Assembly: GCA_041655935.1 (NCBI GenBank)
Contig: JBBAEK010000001.1
Location: forward strand, 7,067 to 71,066
Direction: 5' to 3'
DNA: 64,000 bases
DNA from: Eubacteriales bacterium
GTDB taxonomy: Bacteria > Bacillota > Clostridia > Oscillospirales > CAG-272
The position numbers were made by a program, and so were the translations under genes. A model generated the notes under the pieces. It made no database searches, was not told where the DNA came from, and saw only the letters and a list, made by a program, of their open reading frames with translations. Of this stretch, positions 45,603-55,114 are shown in pieces. Within the stretch, counting starts at the first letter, position 1, and each line of letters opens with the position of its first letter.

Positions 45603-48600
45603 CTGCCGCTCGGTGCGCATACGGTTGATGTCCACCAGCTCGATGTTGTGCGCGTTGTAGCGGCTGGCGATGATGTCCGCGAGTGCGTTGGCGGTATCAA
45701 GCGAGGTGAGACAAGGAATGGACAGTTGCAGGGCGCGGCGATGCAGGGCGATGTAGTCCTGCATGGTGGAGCCCTGGTTGGCGCCGGTGTAAATGATATA
45801 GTTGATTTTACCGCTTTCCAGTAGTTCAAACGCATGGTCTGTCTGCTTCATGCCGCCCACCTGCTCGACATCAATGCCCAGCGTGGCAATGGCGTCTGCC
45901 GTCTCTTTGGGGGCGTAAATCCGAAAGCCCAGGTCGTCCAGCTTCTTTGCCAGGGTGACAATTTCGAGCAGGTCGTGGGGGTCCACACAGATGAAAATCC
46001 CCACGTGCTTTTGCTGGAAGGTGGATTTCATCATCATGCCGGCCGAAAGCAGTCCTTTGTACAGTGCCTCCTGTAGGGTCTTTCCGATGCCCAGCACTTC
46101 CCCGGTGGACTTCATTTCGGGGCCCAAGTTGGAGTTGACATCACTCAGCTTCTCGAAGGAAAAGACCGGCACCTTGACGGCAAAATAAGGGGGTGTGCGG
46201 TGCAGCCCGGTGCCGCAGCCGATCTCCCGCAGCGTTTGACCGATCATGACGCGGGTGGCGATGTCCACCATGGGCACATCGGTGACCTTGCTGATATAGG
46301 GCACGGTTCTGGAGGCGCGGGGGTTGACCTCGATGACATACAGCTCGTTTTGGTAGATCAGGTACTGGATATTGACCAGTCCCCGAGTGCCGAGCGAAAG
46401 CGCCAGATTGGTGGAGGACTCCACAATGGTGGCGGTCATTTTGTCATTGATATTATAGGGGGGATACACGGCGATGGAGTCGCCGCTATGGATGCCGGCG
46501 CGCTCAATGTGCTGCATGATGCCGGGGATCAGCACGTCCTGCCCGTCGGAGATGACATCCACCTCCAGCTCGATGCCGGGCATGTACTTATCCACCAGGA
46601 CGGGGTTTTCGATGCCGCTTGCCAAAATCTCCTTCATGTACAGGCATACCTCATGCGCGTCATGGACGATCTGCATGTTCTGCCCACCAATCACGTAGGA
46701 GGGTCGGAGCAACACGGGGTAGCCTAACTGCTCCGCGGCTGCCAGCGCCTGGTCGGTACTCATCACCCCGAAGCCGCGGGGGCGCCGGATGCCGTACCGC
46801 TCCAGTAGCGCGTCAAACTTTTCGCGGTCCTCGGCAATGTCGATACCCTCTGCCGAGGTGCCCAGAATCCGAATCCCGTTTTGGTGCAGGTATTGGGTCA
46901 GCTTGATGGCGGTTTGGCCGCCAAAGGCGACCACCACGCCTACCGGCTGTTCCACCCGGATGATATTCATGACATCCTCGGGGGTGAGGGGCTCGAAATA
47001 GAGGCGGTCGGCCGTGTCATAGTCGGTGGAGACCGTCTCGGGGTTGTTGTTGACGATGACGACGTCATACCCCAGCTCTTTCAGCGTCCAGACACAGTGC
47101 ACCGAGGAATAGTCGAACTCAATCCCCTGCCCGATCCGGATCGGACCCGAGCCCAGCACCATGATGACCGGCTTGCCGGTGCGGTGAAAACGGCGGGAGT
47201 CGCAATACGGGTCATGGCTTGAGTAGAAATAGGGGGTTTGCGCGTCAAACTCGGCGGCGCAGGTGTCCACCATCTTGTAGACCGCGTGGCGCTCGCCGGG
47301 CAGTTGCGACGTGCCGGAGAGCCGCTGTAAGGCTTTATCCGTGTAGCCAAAGTGCTTGCCCTGCAGGTACTGCTCACCGGTGAGTCCCTTCCCTGCGATG
47401 GTTTGCTCATACTGCGCCAGTTTTTGCAGTTTCGCGATAAACCACTTGTCAATGCGGGTGATGCGGCAGATATCTTCGATGCTCATGCCGCTTTTCAGGG
47501 CTTCAAAGACGGTGAAAATGCGGCGGTCGTCCTGCGCTGCCAGGCGCTGTTCCAGCGGCAATTCCGAAAGGGGCGGGGCGTTCAGGGAGTCGAGCGAAAT
47601 TTCCGCCCCGCGGATGGCTTTCATGAGCGCCATCTCGAAGGTGGGGGCGATCGCCATGACCTCGCCGGTCGCTTTCATCTGGGTGCCCAGCTTGCGGCTG
47701 GAGCCGATAAATTTGTCAAAGGGCCACTTGGGGAACTTCACCACCACATAGTCAATGGCGGGCTCGAAGCAGGCGCAGGTTTTGCCGGTGATGTCGTTGG
47801 TAATCTCGTCCAGGGTGTAACCCAGGGCAATCTTGGTAGTGATTTTCGCAATGGGGTAGCCGGTCGCCTTGCTGGCGAGGGCGGAGGAGCGGGACACGCG
47901 GGGGTTGACCTCAATGACCGCGTACTCAAAACTGTCGGGGTTGAGGGCGAACTGGCAGTTACAGCCGCCGACTATGCCGAGGGCGGAGATGATATTGAGA
48001 GAGGCGCTGCGCAGGATCTGAAACTCTTTATTGGACAGGGTCAGGGTGGGCGCGACCACAATGCTGTCCCCCGTGTGGACCCCCACCGGGTCTACGTTTT
48101 CCATGCTGCAGACGGCAATGGCGTTGCCGACGCCGTCACGCATGACTTCAAACTCGATTTCTTTCCAGCCGTAAATATATTTTTCAACCAGAATCTGTGT
48201 GATCGGCGAGGCGTCCAGACCGGTATGTGCCAGGGGCGCCAGCTCCTCCTTGTTGTAAGCGACGCCGCCCCCGGTGCCGCCCAGCGTATAGGCGGGGCGG
48301 ACAATGACGGGGTAGCCGATAGCGTCGGCAATCGCCAAAGCCCCCGCCACATCGTTGGCGATGGCGGAGGGGATGACCGGTTCGGAAATGGCTGCCATGG
48401 CATCCTTGAAGAGCTGACGGTCCTCGGCCTTTTCGATGGCGTCAACATTGGTGCCGATGAGGGACACGCCGTGCGCCTGCAAAAAGCCGCTCTTCCAGAG
48501 CTTCATGGCAAGGGTCAGCCCTGTCTGACCGCCCAGTCCCGCCAAGAGACTGTCGGGTTTTTCCTTTTCAATGATGCGCTGCACCGACTCCACCGTCAGC

Positions 48601-48803
48601 GGTTCGAGATAAATCTCGTCCGCCATGGCTTTGTCGGTCATGATGGTGGCGGGGTTGGAGTTCACGAGCACAACATTGACCCCCGCCTCCTTGAGGACGC
48701 GGCAGGCCTGCGCACCCGCATAGTCAAATTCGGCGGCCTGACCGATGACAATCGGACCCGAGCCAATCACCATCACTTTGCGAATATTGTTGTCAAGTGG
48801 CAT
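44766..48803 (-). CDS. carB: carbamoyl-phosphate synthase large subunit fused in frame to a C-terminal DapF-like (diaminopimelate-epimerase-fold) domain
   Basis: Full CarB is present: two ATP-grasp halves, an oligomerisation domain and an MGS-like domain ending ...NIELVDINR. The frame then continues with no stop as MRTERQKLTFTKMQSCGDDY...GNPHC...ERGNGETWACGTGACA to 44766. The ATG at 48803 has an AGGAGGTGGTACAG RBS. Confidence 0.85.
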   Translation of the reverse strand: MPLDNNIRKVMVIGSGPIVIGQAAEFDYAGAQACRVLKEAGVNVVLVNSNPATIMTDKAMADEIYLEPLTVESVQRIIEKEKPDSLLAGLGGQTGLTLAMKLWKSGFLQAHGVSLIGTNVDAIEKAEDRQLFKDAMAAISEPVIPSAIANDVAGALAIADAIGYPVIVRPAYTLGGTGGGVAYNKEELAPLAHTGLDASPITQILVEKYIYGWKEIEFEVMRDGVGNAIAVCSMENVDPVGVHTGDSIVVAPTLTLSNKEFQILRSASLNIISALGIVGGCNCQFALNPDSFEYAVIEVNPRVSRSSALASKATGYPIAKITTKIALGYTLDEITNDITGKTCACFEPAIDYVVVKFPKWPFDKFIGSSRKLGTQMKATGEVMAIAPTFEMALMKAIRGAEISLDSLNAPPLSELPLEQRLAAQDDRRIFTVFEALKSGMSIEDICRITRIDKWFIAKLQKLAQYEQTIAGKGLTGEQYLQGKHFGYTDKALQRLSGTSQLPGERHAVYKMVDTCAAEFDAQTPYFYSSHDPYCDSRRFHRTGKPVIMVLGSGPIRIGQGIEFDYSSVHCVWTLKELGYDVVIVNNNPETVSTDYDTADRLYFEPLTPEDVMNIIRVEQPVGVVVAFGGQTAIKLTQYLHQNGIRILGTSAEGIDIAEDREKFDALLERYGIRRPRGFGVMSTDQALAAAEQLGYPVLLRPSYVIGGQNMQIVHDAHEVCLYMKEILASGIENPVLVDKYMPGIELEVDVISDGQDVLIPGIMQHIERAGIHSGDSIAVYPPYNINDKMTATIVESSTNLALSLGTRGLVNIQYLIYQNELYVIEVNPRASRTVPYISKVTDVPMVDIATRVMIGQTLREIGCGTGLHRTPPYFAVKVPVFSFEKLSDVNSNLGPEMKSTGEVLGIGKTLQEALYKGLLSAGMMMKSTFQQKHVGIFICVDPHDLLEIVTLAKKLDDLGFRIYAPKETADAIATLGIDVEQVGGMKQTDHAFELLESGKINYIIYTGANQGSTMQDYIALHRRALQLSIPCLTSLDTANALADIIASRYNAHNIELVDINRMRTERQKLTFTKMQSCGDDYLYIENFDGAITCPESLCINLCRLHYGVGANGIILLERSALADVKMRVFNRDGSEGKMAGNAIRCVGKYLYDHGYVSAEQITVESSSGIKHLTLYTRDGKVTYVSVDMGRVDFSAKALPSTLPADRLLNYPLVVGGKTYAVTCLSVGNPHCMVFTDRVDGVDIEQIGPLFENHSAFPERINTEFIRVVNESTIKMRVWERGNGETWACGTGACAAVIAAVECGFCKKDTDITVKLRGGDLVVRYTDDQVTLSGDVQQVFTGELFY

Positions 48804-49872
48804 CTGTACCACCTCCTATCAGAGAAATAAAGCGATCGAATAAAAAGGTGGTGTCCTTCGGGCCGGAGCAGACCTCGGGGTGAAACTGGATGGTGAACGC
48901 GCGCAACTCGGGGTAGTCAACCCCCTCGCAAGTGCCGTCGTTAGCGTTGATGTAGCTGACCTTGCCCTGCGATACGCTGTCCGAGACAACAGCATAGCCG
49001 TGGTTCTGGGCGGTGATATAGGTGCGGTGGCTGCCCACTTCACGCACGGGCTGATTGGTGCCGCGGTGACCGTAGGGCAGCTTCATGGTTTTCCCGCCCA
49101 GCGCCAGCGCCAGGAGCTGGTGTCCAAGGCAGATGCCAAAGAGCGGCACTCTCCCCGCCAGCTTGGCAAGCTCGGCAATCAGGGCTTTGTTTTCGGCGGG
49201 GTCTCCGGGGCCGTTGGAGAGGACCACACCGTCCGGACGGGTCGAGAGCACCTGCTCGGCGGTGGTCGAGGCGGGGACCACCGTGACCGTACAGCCCCGC
49301 AGTTGGAGCTCACGGATGATATTCATTTTCGCGCCGTAGTCGATCAGCGTGACCCGGTAGCGCTCGCCGGTCACGGCGATATAAGGAGACTTCAGCTTCC
49401 CTGTCACGACGGCAATGGCGTCCCTGATCCGAAAGGTCCGAATGGGGGTAAGGTCCGCGGGGACAGCGTCGCAGATCATGGCATTCATCACGCCGTGCTC
49501 ACGCAACTTCTGGGTGATCTCCCGGGTGTCAAGGCCGTAGATGCCGGGGATATGCCGGTCTTTCAGAAAGCGGTCAATGTCGTACTGTGAGCGGAAGTTC
49601 GAGGGCGTCTCGCACCACTCCCGCACCACATAGCCCGACACCGCGCACTCCCCCTCCATATCCTCCTCAATGAAGCCGTAGTTACCGATCAGCGGAAATG
49701 TCTGCACCACGATCTGACCGTAATAACTGGGGTCGGTCAGCGTTTCGATATAGCCGCACATGCCGGTCGTAAACACAAGCTCGCCGACAGCGGCGGCATC
49801 TGCGCCAAAGGCAAGGCCTTCATACACAGTGCCGTCGGAAAATACCAAATACCTTTTTTGCGTTGTTTTCAT
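48793..49872 (-). CDS. carA: carbamoyl-phosphate synthase small (glutaminase) subunit
   Basis: GICLGHQLLALALG, HRGTNQPV, QFHPE. The start is at MKTTQKRYLVF (ATG 49872). It overlaps the carB start by 11 nt. Confidence 0.93.
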   Translation of the reverse strand: MKTTQKRYLVFSDGTVYEGLAFGADAAAVGELVFTTGMCGYIETLTDPSYYGQIVVQTFPLIGNYGFIEEDMEGECAVSGYVVREWCETPSNFRSQYDIDRFLKDRHIPGIYGLDTREITQKLREHGVMNAMICDAVPADLTPIRTFRIRDAIAVVTGKLKSPYIAVTGERYRVTLIDYGAKMNIIRELQLRGCTVTVVPASTTAEQVLSTRPDGVVLSNGPGDPAENKALIAELAKLAGRVPLFGICLGHQLLALALGGKTMKLPYGHRGTNQPVREVGSHRTYITAQNHGYAVVSDSVSQGKVSYINANDGTCEGVDYPELRAFTIQFHPEVCSGPKDTTFLFDRFISLIGGGTDAT

Positions 49873-49955
49873 ATAGTACCCTTCAAACAAAGATTGAGGA
49901 CAAAAGGCGGTGGGGCTATCCGTTCACGCGCTCAGGAAGAGCGCTGTCGGAGGAT

Positions 49956-50939
49956 TTACAGTGTGGCGGCCATGACCGCCTTGATGGTGTGCAGGCGGTT
50001 CTCGGCTTCTTCAAAAACCAGCGACACCGCGCTTTCAAAGACCTCGTCGGTGACCTCCATCTCGGTGCGGCCAAAGCGTTCGCCCATGGTCCTGCCGACC
50101 ATGGTCTTGAGGTCATGATAGGCGGGCAGACAGTGCATGAAAATGGCGTGGGGTGCGGCACGGCGCATCAGCGCGGCGTTGACCTGGTAAGGCGAGAGGT
50201 CCCTGATTCTCTCTTCCCACACCTCTGTCGGCTCACCCATGGACACCCATACATCGGTATACACCACGTCGGCGCCCGAGACGGCTTTCTGCGGGTCCTC
50301 CTCAAAGGTGAGGGTGGCGCCGGTGTGGGCGGCGATGTCCTCACACCGGGCGACCAGCGCGGGGTCGGGGAAATAGGACTTAGGAGCGGCGGCGGTGAAA
50401 TGAAGCCCCATTTTGGCGCACCCCACCATCAGGGAGTTGCCCATATTGTAGCGCGCGTCTCCCGCATAGACCAGCCGGATGCCCTGTAGCTTGCCGAAAT
50501 GCTCTCTGATGGTCAGAAAATCGGCTAAAATCTGCGTCGGGTGAAACTCGTTGGTCAGGCCGTTCCATACCGGCACATCGGCGTAGACGGCGAGCTCCTC
50601 GACAATCTGCTGCGCGTGTCCCCGGTACTCAATGCCGTCAAACATGCGGGACAGCACACGGGCGGTGTCGGCGATGCTTTCCTTGACCCCCACCTGCGAA
50701 CCGGCGGGGTCCAGATAGGTGACCCCCATCCCGAGGTCCCGCGCCGCCACCTCAAAGGCGCAGCGGGTGCGGGTGCTGGTTTTTTCAAAAATCAGGGCAA
50801 TATTTTTGCCCTCGTGCAGTTTGTGCGGGATTCCCGCCTTTTTTTGGGCTTTCAGCCGGGCGGCAAGGTCAAGCAATCCCTCGATTTCCTGCTGGGTGAA
50901 GTCCAGCAGCTTCAGAAAATCTCTTCCTTTCATCTGCAT
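49956..50939 (-). CDS. argF: ornithine carbamoyltransferase
   Basis: [30 protein letters not shown]. Confidence 0.93.
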   Translation of the reverse strand: MQMKGRDFLKLLDFTQQEIEGLLDLAARLKAQKKAGIPHKLHEGKNIALIFEKTSTRTRCAFEVAARDLGMGVTYLDPAGSQVGVKESIADTARVLSRMFDGIEYRGHAQQIVEELAVYADVPVWNGLTNEFHPTQILADFLTIREHFGKLQGIRLVYAGDARYNMGNSLMVGCAKMGLHFTAAAPKSYFPDPALVARCEDIAAHTGATLTFEEDPQKAVSGADVVYTDVWVSMGEPTEVWEERIRDLSPYQVNAALMRRAAPHAIFMHCLPAYHDLKTMVGRTMGERFGRTEMEVTDEVFESAVSLVFEEAENRLHTIKAVMAATL

Positions 50940-50940
50940 C

Positions 50941-52107
50941 TTATACTCCCTCCGCGCAAACGTCTTTGATCACTTGCAGAGCAGTCCGGAGCAGGTCAAG
51001 CGGGATATTCAGGGCAGGCAAAAGGCGGATTTTATGCTTGGCTTTCAGTACCAGCACCCCTTTCGCCATACACTCCGCCAGGACGGCGTCGGCACTCTTT
51101 TCGGGTTCCACCCCGATCATCAGGCCGAGCCCGCTGACGCTTTTGATGCCTTTTGCCCCCGAAAGCGACTGAAAAATGAGGGCAGAACGCTCTCTGACAC
51201 CGGAAAGGCAGGCGTCGTCTATTCTGGAGAGAACATGCAGCGCGGCGGCGCTGCAGACGGGGTTGCCGCCAAAGGTGGAGCCGTGGGTGCCGGGGGTGAA
51301 TACCTCGGCGGTCTTGCTCCCCAAGAGAGTGGCGCCCAGCGGCAGCCCGCCCGAGAGCCCTTTCGCGGTGGTGACAATGTCGGGCGTGATGCCGTACTGC
51401 ATATACCCGTACAGCGTGCCGGTGCGGCCGTTGCCGGTTTGCACCTCGTCGGCAATCAGCAGAATATCCTCTGCCTCGGCAAGCTCTGCCATGCCCTGCA
51501 CAAAATCACGGTCGAGGACGCTCACGCCGCCCTCACCCTGGACCACCTCAAACATGACAGCGGCGACTTTGTTTTCTGCCACCAGTTGCCGTAAGGCGGG
51601 CAGGTCGTTGGGCGGGGTGTAGAGAAAGCCCTCGGTGAGGGGCAGAAATTGCCGGTGGAAGGCTTCCTGTCCGGTGGCTGCCAGCGTGGTGATGGTTCTG
51701 CCGTGAAAGCTGTTTTGCAGGGTGATGACGGTATGGTACCCTGCCCCTTTTTTGGTGGCGTACTGCCGGGCGGCCTTGATGGCGCACTCGTTGGCCTCCG
51801 CCCCCGAGTTGGAAAAAAAGACGCGCTTCATGCCCGTGCGCTCGCACAGCGCCTGTGCCAGCCTGGCGCAGGGCTCGGTGTAGTACAGGTTGGAGGTGTG
51901 CTGGCAACGCTCCAGTTGCGCGACGACGGCGGCTGTCCACGCCGGGTCCGACATGCCAAGCGTGTTGACGGCAATGCCGGTGCCCAGGTCAATGTATTCC
52001 TTGCCGTCGGCGCCTGTGAGCAGGCTGCCCTTGCCGGAGGTGATCTCCAGCGGGAAGCGCGCGTAGGTGTTCGCCACATAGAGGGCGTCCAATTCTTTAA
52101 CATTCAT
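50941..52107 (-). CDS. argD: acetylornithine aminotransferase
   Basis: Class-III aminotransferase: [28 protein letters not shown] (PLP lysine). Confidence 0.9.
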   Translation of the reverse strand: MNVKELDALYVANTYARFPLEITSGKGSLLTGADGKEYIDLGTGIAVNTLGMSDPAWTAAVVAQLERCQHTSNLYYTEPCARLAQALCERTGMKRVFFSNSGAEANECAIKAARQYATKKGAGYHTVITLQNSFHGRTITTLAATGQEAFHRQFLPLTEGFLYTPPNDLPALRQLVAENKVAAVMFEVVQGEGGVSVLDRDFVQGMAELAEAEDILLIADEVQTGNGRTGTLYGYMQYGITPDIVTTAKGLSGGLPLGATLLGSKTAEVFTPGTHGSTFGGNPVCSAAALHVLSRIDDACLSGVRERSALIFQSLSGAKGIKSVSGLGLMIGVEPEKSADAVLAECMAKGVLVLKAKHKIRLLPALNIPLDLLRTALQVIKDVCAEGV

Positions 52108-52963
52108 GTGTCTTTTCCTCCACGACCATGGTGCCGGCGCCGGCGTCGGTCAGTGTTTCGAGCAGGATGGCATGAGGGACGCGCCCGTCCATGATGGTGA
52201 TCTTTTGCACGCCCATTTGGATGGCGTCGATACAGCACTCCACCTTGGGAATCATGCCGCCCGATATGACGTTGTTTGCAAAAAGTTCCTTGGCTTCCCT
52301 GAGGTCGATGCAGGAGAGCAAGGAGGTGGGGTCATCCTTGTCCTGCAGGATGCCCGGGGTGTCGGTCATCATGATCATGCGTTCGGCGCGCATGGCCCCC
52401 GCGATGCAGGCGGCGGCGGTGTCGGCGTTGATATTGTAAACATTGCCCTGTGTATCGCACCCGATGGTGGAGATGACGGGAATGTAGCCTTTGTCCAACA
52501 GGTCTGTGATCAGATTCACGCGTACACTGGTGATTTTCCCCACATAGCCCAGCGCCTCATCCTTCATCTCGGCGGTGATCATATGGTCGTCGATACCGGA
52601 CAGACCAATGGCATGCCCGCCCTTGGTCCCAATGAGGTTGACCAGGTTCTTGTTGACCTTCCCCGCCAGGACCATCTGTACAATCTCGACGGATTCCTTG
52701 TCGGTCACACGGAGCCCGTTCACGAAAGTGCTCTGCTTGCCGATTCTGCTCATCAGTTCGGTGATCTCGGGGCCGCCGCCGTGCACCAGCACCACCCGCA
52801 CCCCGATCAGGGTGAGCAGGACAATGTCCTCCATCACCTGGTGCTTGAGGGTTTCGCTGGTCATGGCGTTGCCGCCGTACTTTATCACCATGATTTTGCC
52901 GCTGTATTTCTGAATATACGGCAGGGCCTCCACCAGAATTTTCGCGCGCTCGATGTGCGTCAT
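52097..52963 (-). CDS. argB: acetylglutamate kinase
   Basis: LPYIQKYSGKIMVIKYGGNAM, VLVHGGGP. The start is at MTHIERAK (ATG 52963) with a GAGGGAGACAAC RBS. Confidence 0.92.
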   Translation of the reverse strand: MTHIERAKILVEALPYIQKYSGKIMVIKYGGNAMTSETLKHQVMEDIVLLTLIGVRVVLVHGGGPEITELMSRIGKQSTFVNGLRVTDKESVEIVQMVLAGKVNKNLVNLIGTKGGHAIGLSGIDDHMITAEMKDEALGYVGKITSVRVNLITDLLDKGYIPVISTIGCDTQGNVYNINADTAAACIAGAMRAERMIMMTDTPGILQDKDDPTSLLSCIDLREAKELFANNVISGGMIPKVECCIDAIQMGVQKITIMDGRVPHAILLETLTDAGAGTMVVEEKTHEC

Positions 52964-52973
52964 GTTGTCTCCC

Positions 52974-54191
52974 TCATGTGCGGTAATCACCGTTAATTTT
53001 GACATACTCGTAAGTCAGGTCACAGCCCCATGCGGTGGCGCTTGCCGTGCCGCTGTTGAGGTCAATGTTGATGAAGATTTCTTTTTCCAGCAGAATGGCC
53101 TTTGCCAGTTCCTCGGAAAAGGCCACGCTCGCCCCGTTCCGGCAGACCAACACCTGCCCTTTGGGGGAGGAAAAGCTGATATCGACGCGGTTCACATCCA
53201 CCGCGGCGCCGCTGTACCCGACGGCACACAGCACCCGCCCCCAGTTGGCGTCTGCCCCGAACATGGCGATTTTGACCAGGGAGGAACAAATCACGGCTTT
53301 CGCCGCTGCTTTCGCGGTCGCCTCGCTGTCGGCGCCGCTCACCCGACACTCGAGCAGCTTGGTGGCGCCCTCGCCGTCCGCGGCAATTTGCCGGCACAGA
53401 TAGACGGTCAGGGTGTTGAGCGCCTGCATGAAGGTATCAAAGTCCCGCCCTTCCCCGGTGATTTCCGGGTTGCCCGCCAGGCCGTTGGCAAGAATAGTGA
53501 CCATGTCATTGGTGGAGGTGTCCCCGTCCACACTGACCATATTGAAAGTGCTCCGGACATCCTGCGACAGTGCCTTTTGCAACAGGGGGGCGGTAATGGC
53601 GCAGTCGGTGGTGATAAAGACCAGCATGGTCGCCATGTTGGGGTGGATCATGCCCGAACCTTTGGCAATGCCGCCTATGGTGCAGGTGGTCTCCCCGATG
53701 CGGAACGTGAGCGCAAGCTCTTTCAGGGCGGTATCGGTGGTCATGATGGCCTCGGCGGCCGCCAGACTGCCCGTTTCCGCAAGCCCTGCCGCCAAAGCGG
53801 GCAGTCCTGACGCAATGGGCGTGATATCGAGGGGTTGCCCGATGACGCCGGTGGAGGCGACCACCACATCATCGGAGGAGATGTGCAGCCGGTCTGCCAC
53901 CAGCGCGCTCATCTGCTCGGCAATCTCAATGCCGCCCGCGTTGCAGGTGTTGGCGTTGCCGCTGTTGCAGATGACCGCCTGCGCCCGTCCGTTGGTCAGG
54001 TGCCGCTGTGTGACTAGAAGTGGCGCGCCCTTGACCAAATTGGTGGTGTACACCGCCGCCGCATTGGCGGGGCAGCGGCTGTAGATCAGCGCCAGGTCGC
54101 GCTTGGTCTTGTTCCGGCGGATCCCGCAATGGATGCCGTTGGCAGTGAATCCTTTCGCAGCACAAACGCCGCCGTCCACCTTTTGTATCAT
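52974..54191 (-). CDS. argJ: bifunctional glutamate N-acetyltransferase / amino-acid acetyltransferase
   Basis: GGVCAAKGFTANG, GMIHPNMATMLVF (autoproteolytic site region), C-terminal YVKINGDYRT. The ATG at 54191 overlaps the argC stop (ATGA). Confidence 0.92.
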   Translation of the reverse strand: MIQKVDGGVCAAKGFTANGIHCGIRRNKTKRDLALIYSRCPANAAAVYTTNLVKGAPLLVTQRHLTNGRAQAVICNSGNANTCNAGGIEIAEQMSALVADRLHISSDDVVVASTGVIGQPLDITPIASGLPALAAGLAETGSLAAAEAIMTTDTALKELALTFRIGETTCTIGGIAKGSGMIHPNMATMLVFITTDCAITAPLLQKALSQDVRSTFNMVSVDGDTSTNDMVTILANGLAGNPEITGEGRDFDTFMQALNTLTVYLCRQIAADGEGATKLLECRVSGADSEATAKAAAKAVICSSLVKIAMFGADANWGRVLCAVGYSGAAVDVNRVDISFSSPKGQVLVCRNGASVAFSEELAKAILLEKEIFINIDLNSGTASATAWGCDLTYEYVKINGDYRT

Positions 54192-55114
54192 AGTTGCAAC
54201 CCTTTCGTTTCGTCCATGTTCAGTTTCAGGTTCATGCATTGCAGGGCGGCACCCGAGGCTCCCTTGCCCAGGTTATCGTACCGGGCGATCAGCAAAATTC
54301 GTTCGGCGTTCCCCGCCACGGTGATCTGCATACTGTCCTTGCCCGAGTACCCTGCCGCGGACAGGAAGCCCTGCTCGTCTGCTGCCTCGGTATAATGCAC
54401 CACGGGGGTATGGTACAGGTCACGGTAGATGGCTCGAATGTCCTCGATAGTGCCCCGGATATCCCGGGCAAACAGGGGGACGGTGACCTCCATGCCGCTG
54501 TAAAAGTCAGAAACAATCGGGCAGAAGATGGGCTCGTGCGAAAGGCCGGTCATGTAGCGCATTTCTTTCAGGTGCTTGTGCTGCTGCGTCAGTCCGTACT
54601 GGCGGGGGGCTTGCAGCAGGGGGTCCTCCCTGCCCGCCTCATACTGGGCAATCATACTTTTGCCGCCGCCGCTGTAGCCGGTGAGCGAGTGACAGAAAAG
54701 GCCGGCGTCGGGAGACAACACTCCCTTTTGCACCAGCGGGGCGACCAGCGCGATAAAGCCCGCGGCATGGCAGCCGGGCACCGAGATTCTGTTTGATTGT
54801 TGAATGCGCTCACGCTGGCCGGCGGACAGCTCGGGAAAACCGTAGGCAAACCCGGGATGCGTACGGTGAGCGGTGGAGGCGTCGATCACGGTGACATGGG
54901 GGTTCTCCACCATCGCCACCGCCTCGACGGCCGCCTGGTCGGGCAGGCACAAAAAGGCGATGTCGCACTCATTGAGCGCGCGCCGACGTGCCCCCGGATC
55001 CTTACGCAAGTCCTCGGGCAGCGTGAGGAGTGCCAGGTCACCTCTTTCACCGATGCGTTCATAAATGCGCAGGCCGGTGGTACCCGCCGCGCCGTCAATA
55101 AAGATTTTTTTCAT
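54188..55114 (-). CDS. argC: N-acetyl-gamma-glutamyl-phosphate reductase (short, about 308 aa form)
   Basis: MKKIFIDGAAGTTGLRI, SVPGCHAAG (active-site Cys). The start is at ATG 55114; a TTG at 55123 is possible. Confidence 0.88.
   Translation of the reverse strand: MKKIFIDGAAGTTGLRIYERIGERGDLALLTLPEDLRKDPGARRRALNECDIAFLCLPDQAAVEAVAMVENPHVTVIDASTAHRTHPGFAYGFPELSAGQRERIQQSNRISVPGCHAAGFIALVAPLVQKGVLSPDAGLFCHSLTGYSGGGKSMIAQYEAGREDPLLQAPRQYGLTQQHKHLKEMRYMTGLSHEPIFCPIVSDFYSGMEVTVPLFARDIRGTIEDIRAIYRDLYHTPVVHYTEAADEQGFLSAAGYSGKDSMQITVAGNAERILLIARYDNLGKGASGAALQCMNLKLNMDETKGLQL

Noticed and set aside
47352-48830. 492-aa plus-strand ORF antisense to carB
   Set aside because: It is an antisense shadow of a highly conserved gene. 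The same reasoning rejects 44685..45578, 46200..46727 and 48880..49590.
49873-49955. Terminator or attenuator between argF and carA
   Set aside because: Only a 6-bp GCGCTC/GAGCGC hairpin without a following U-tract is present, which is not convincing as an intrinsic terminator. The gap is left unannotated.
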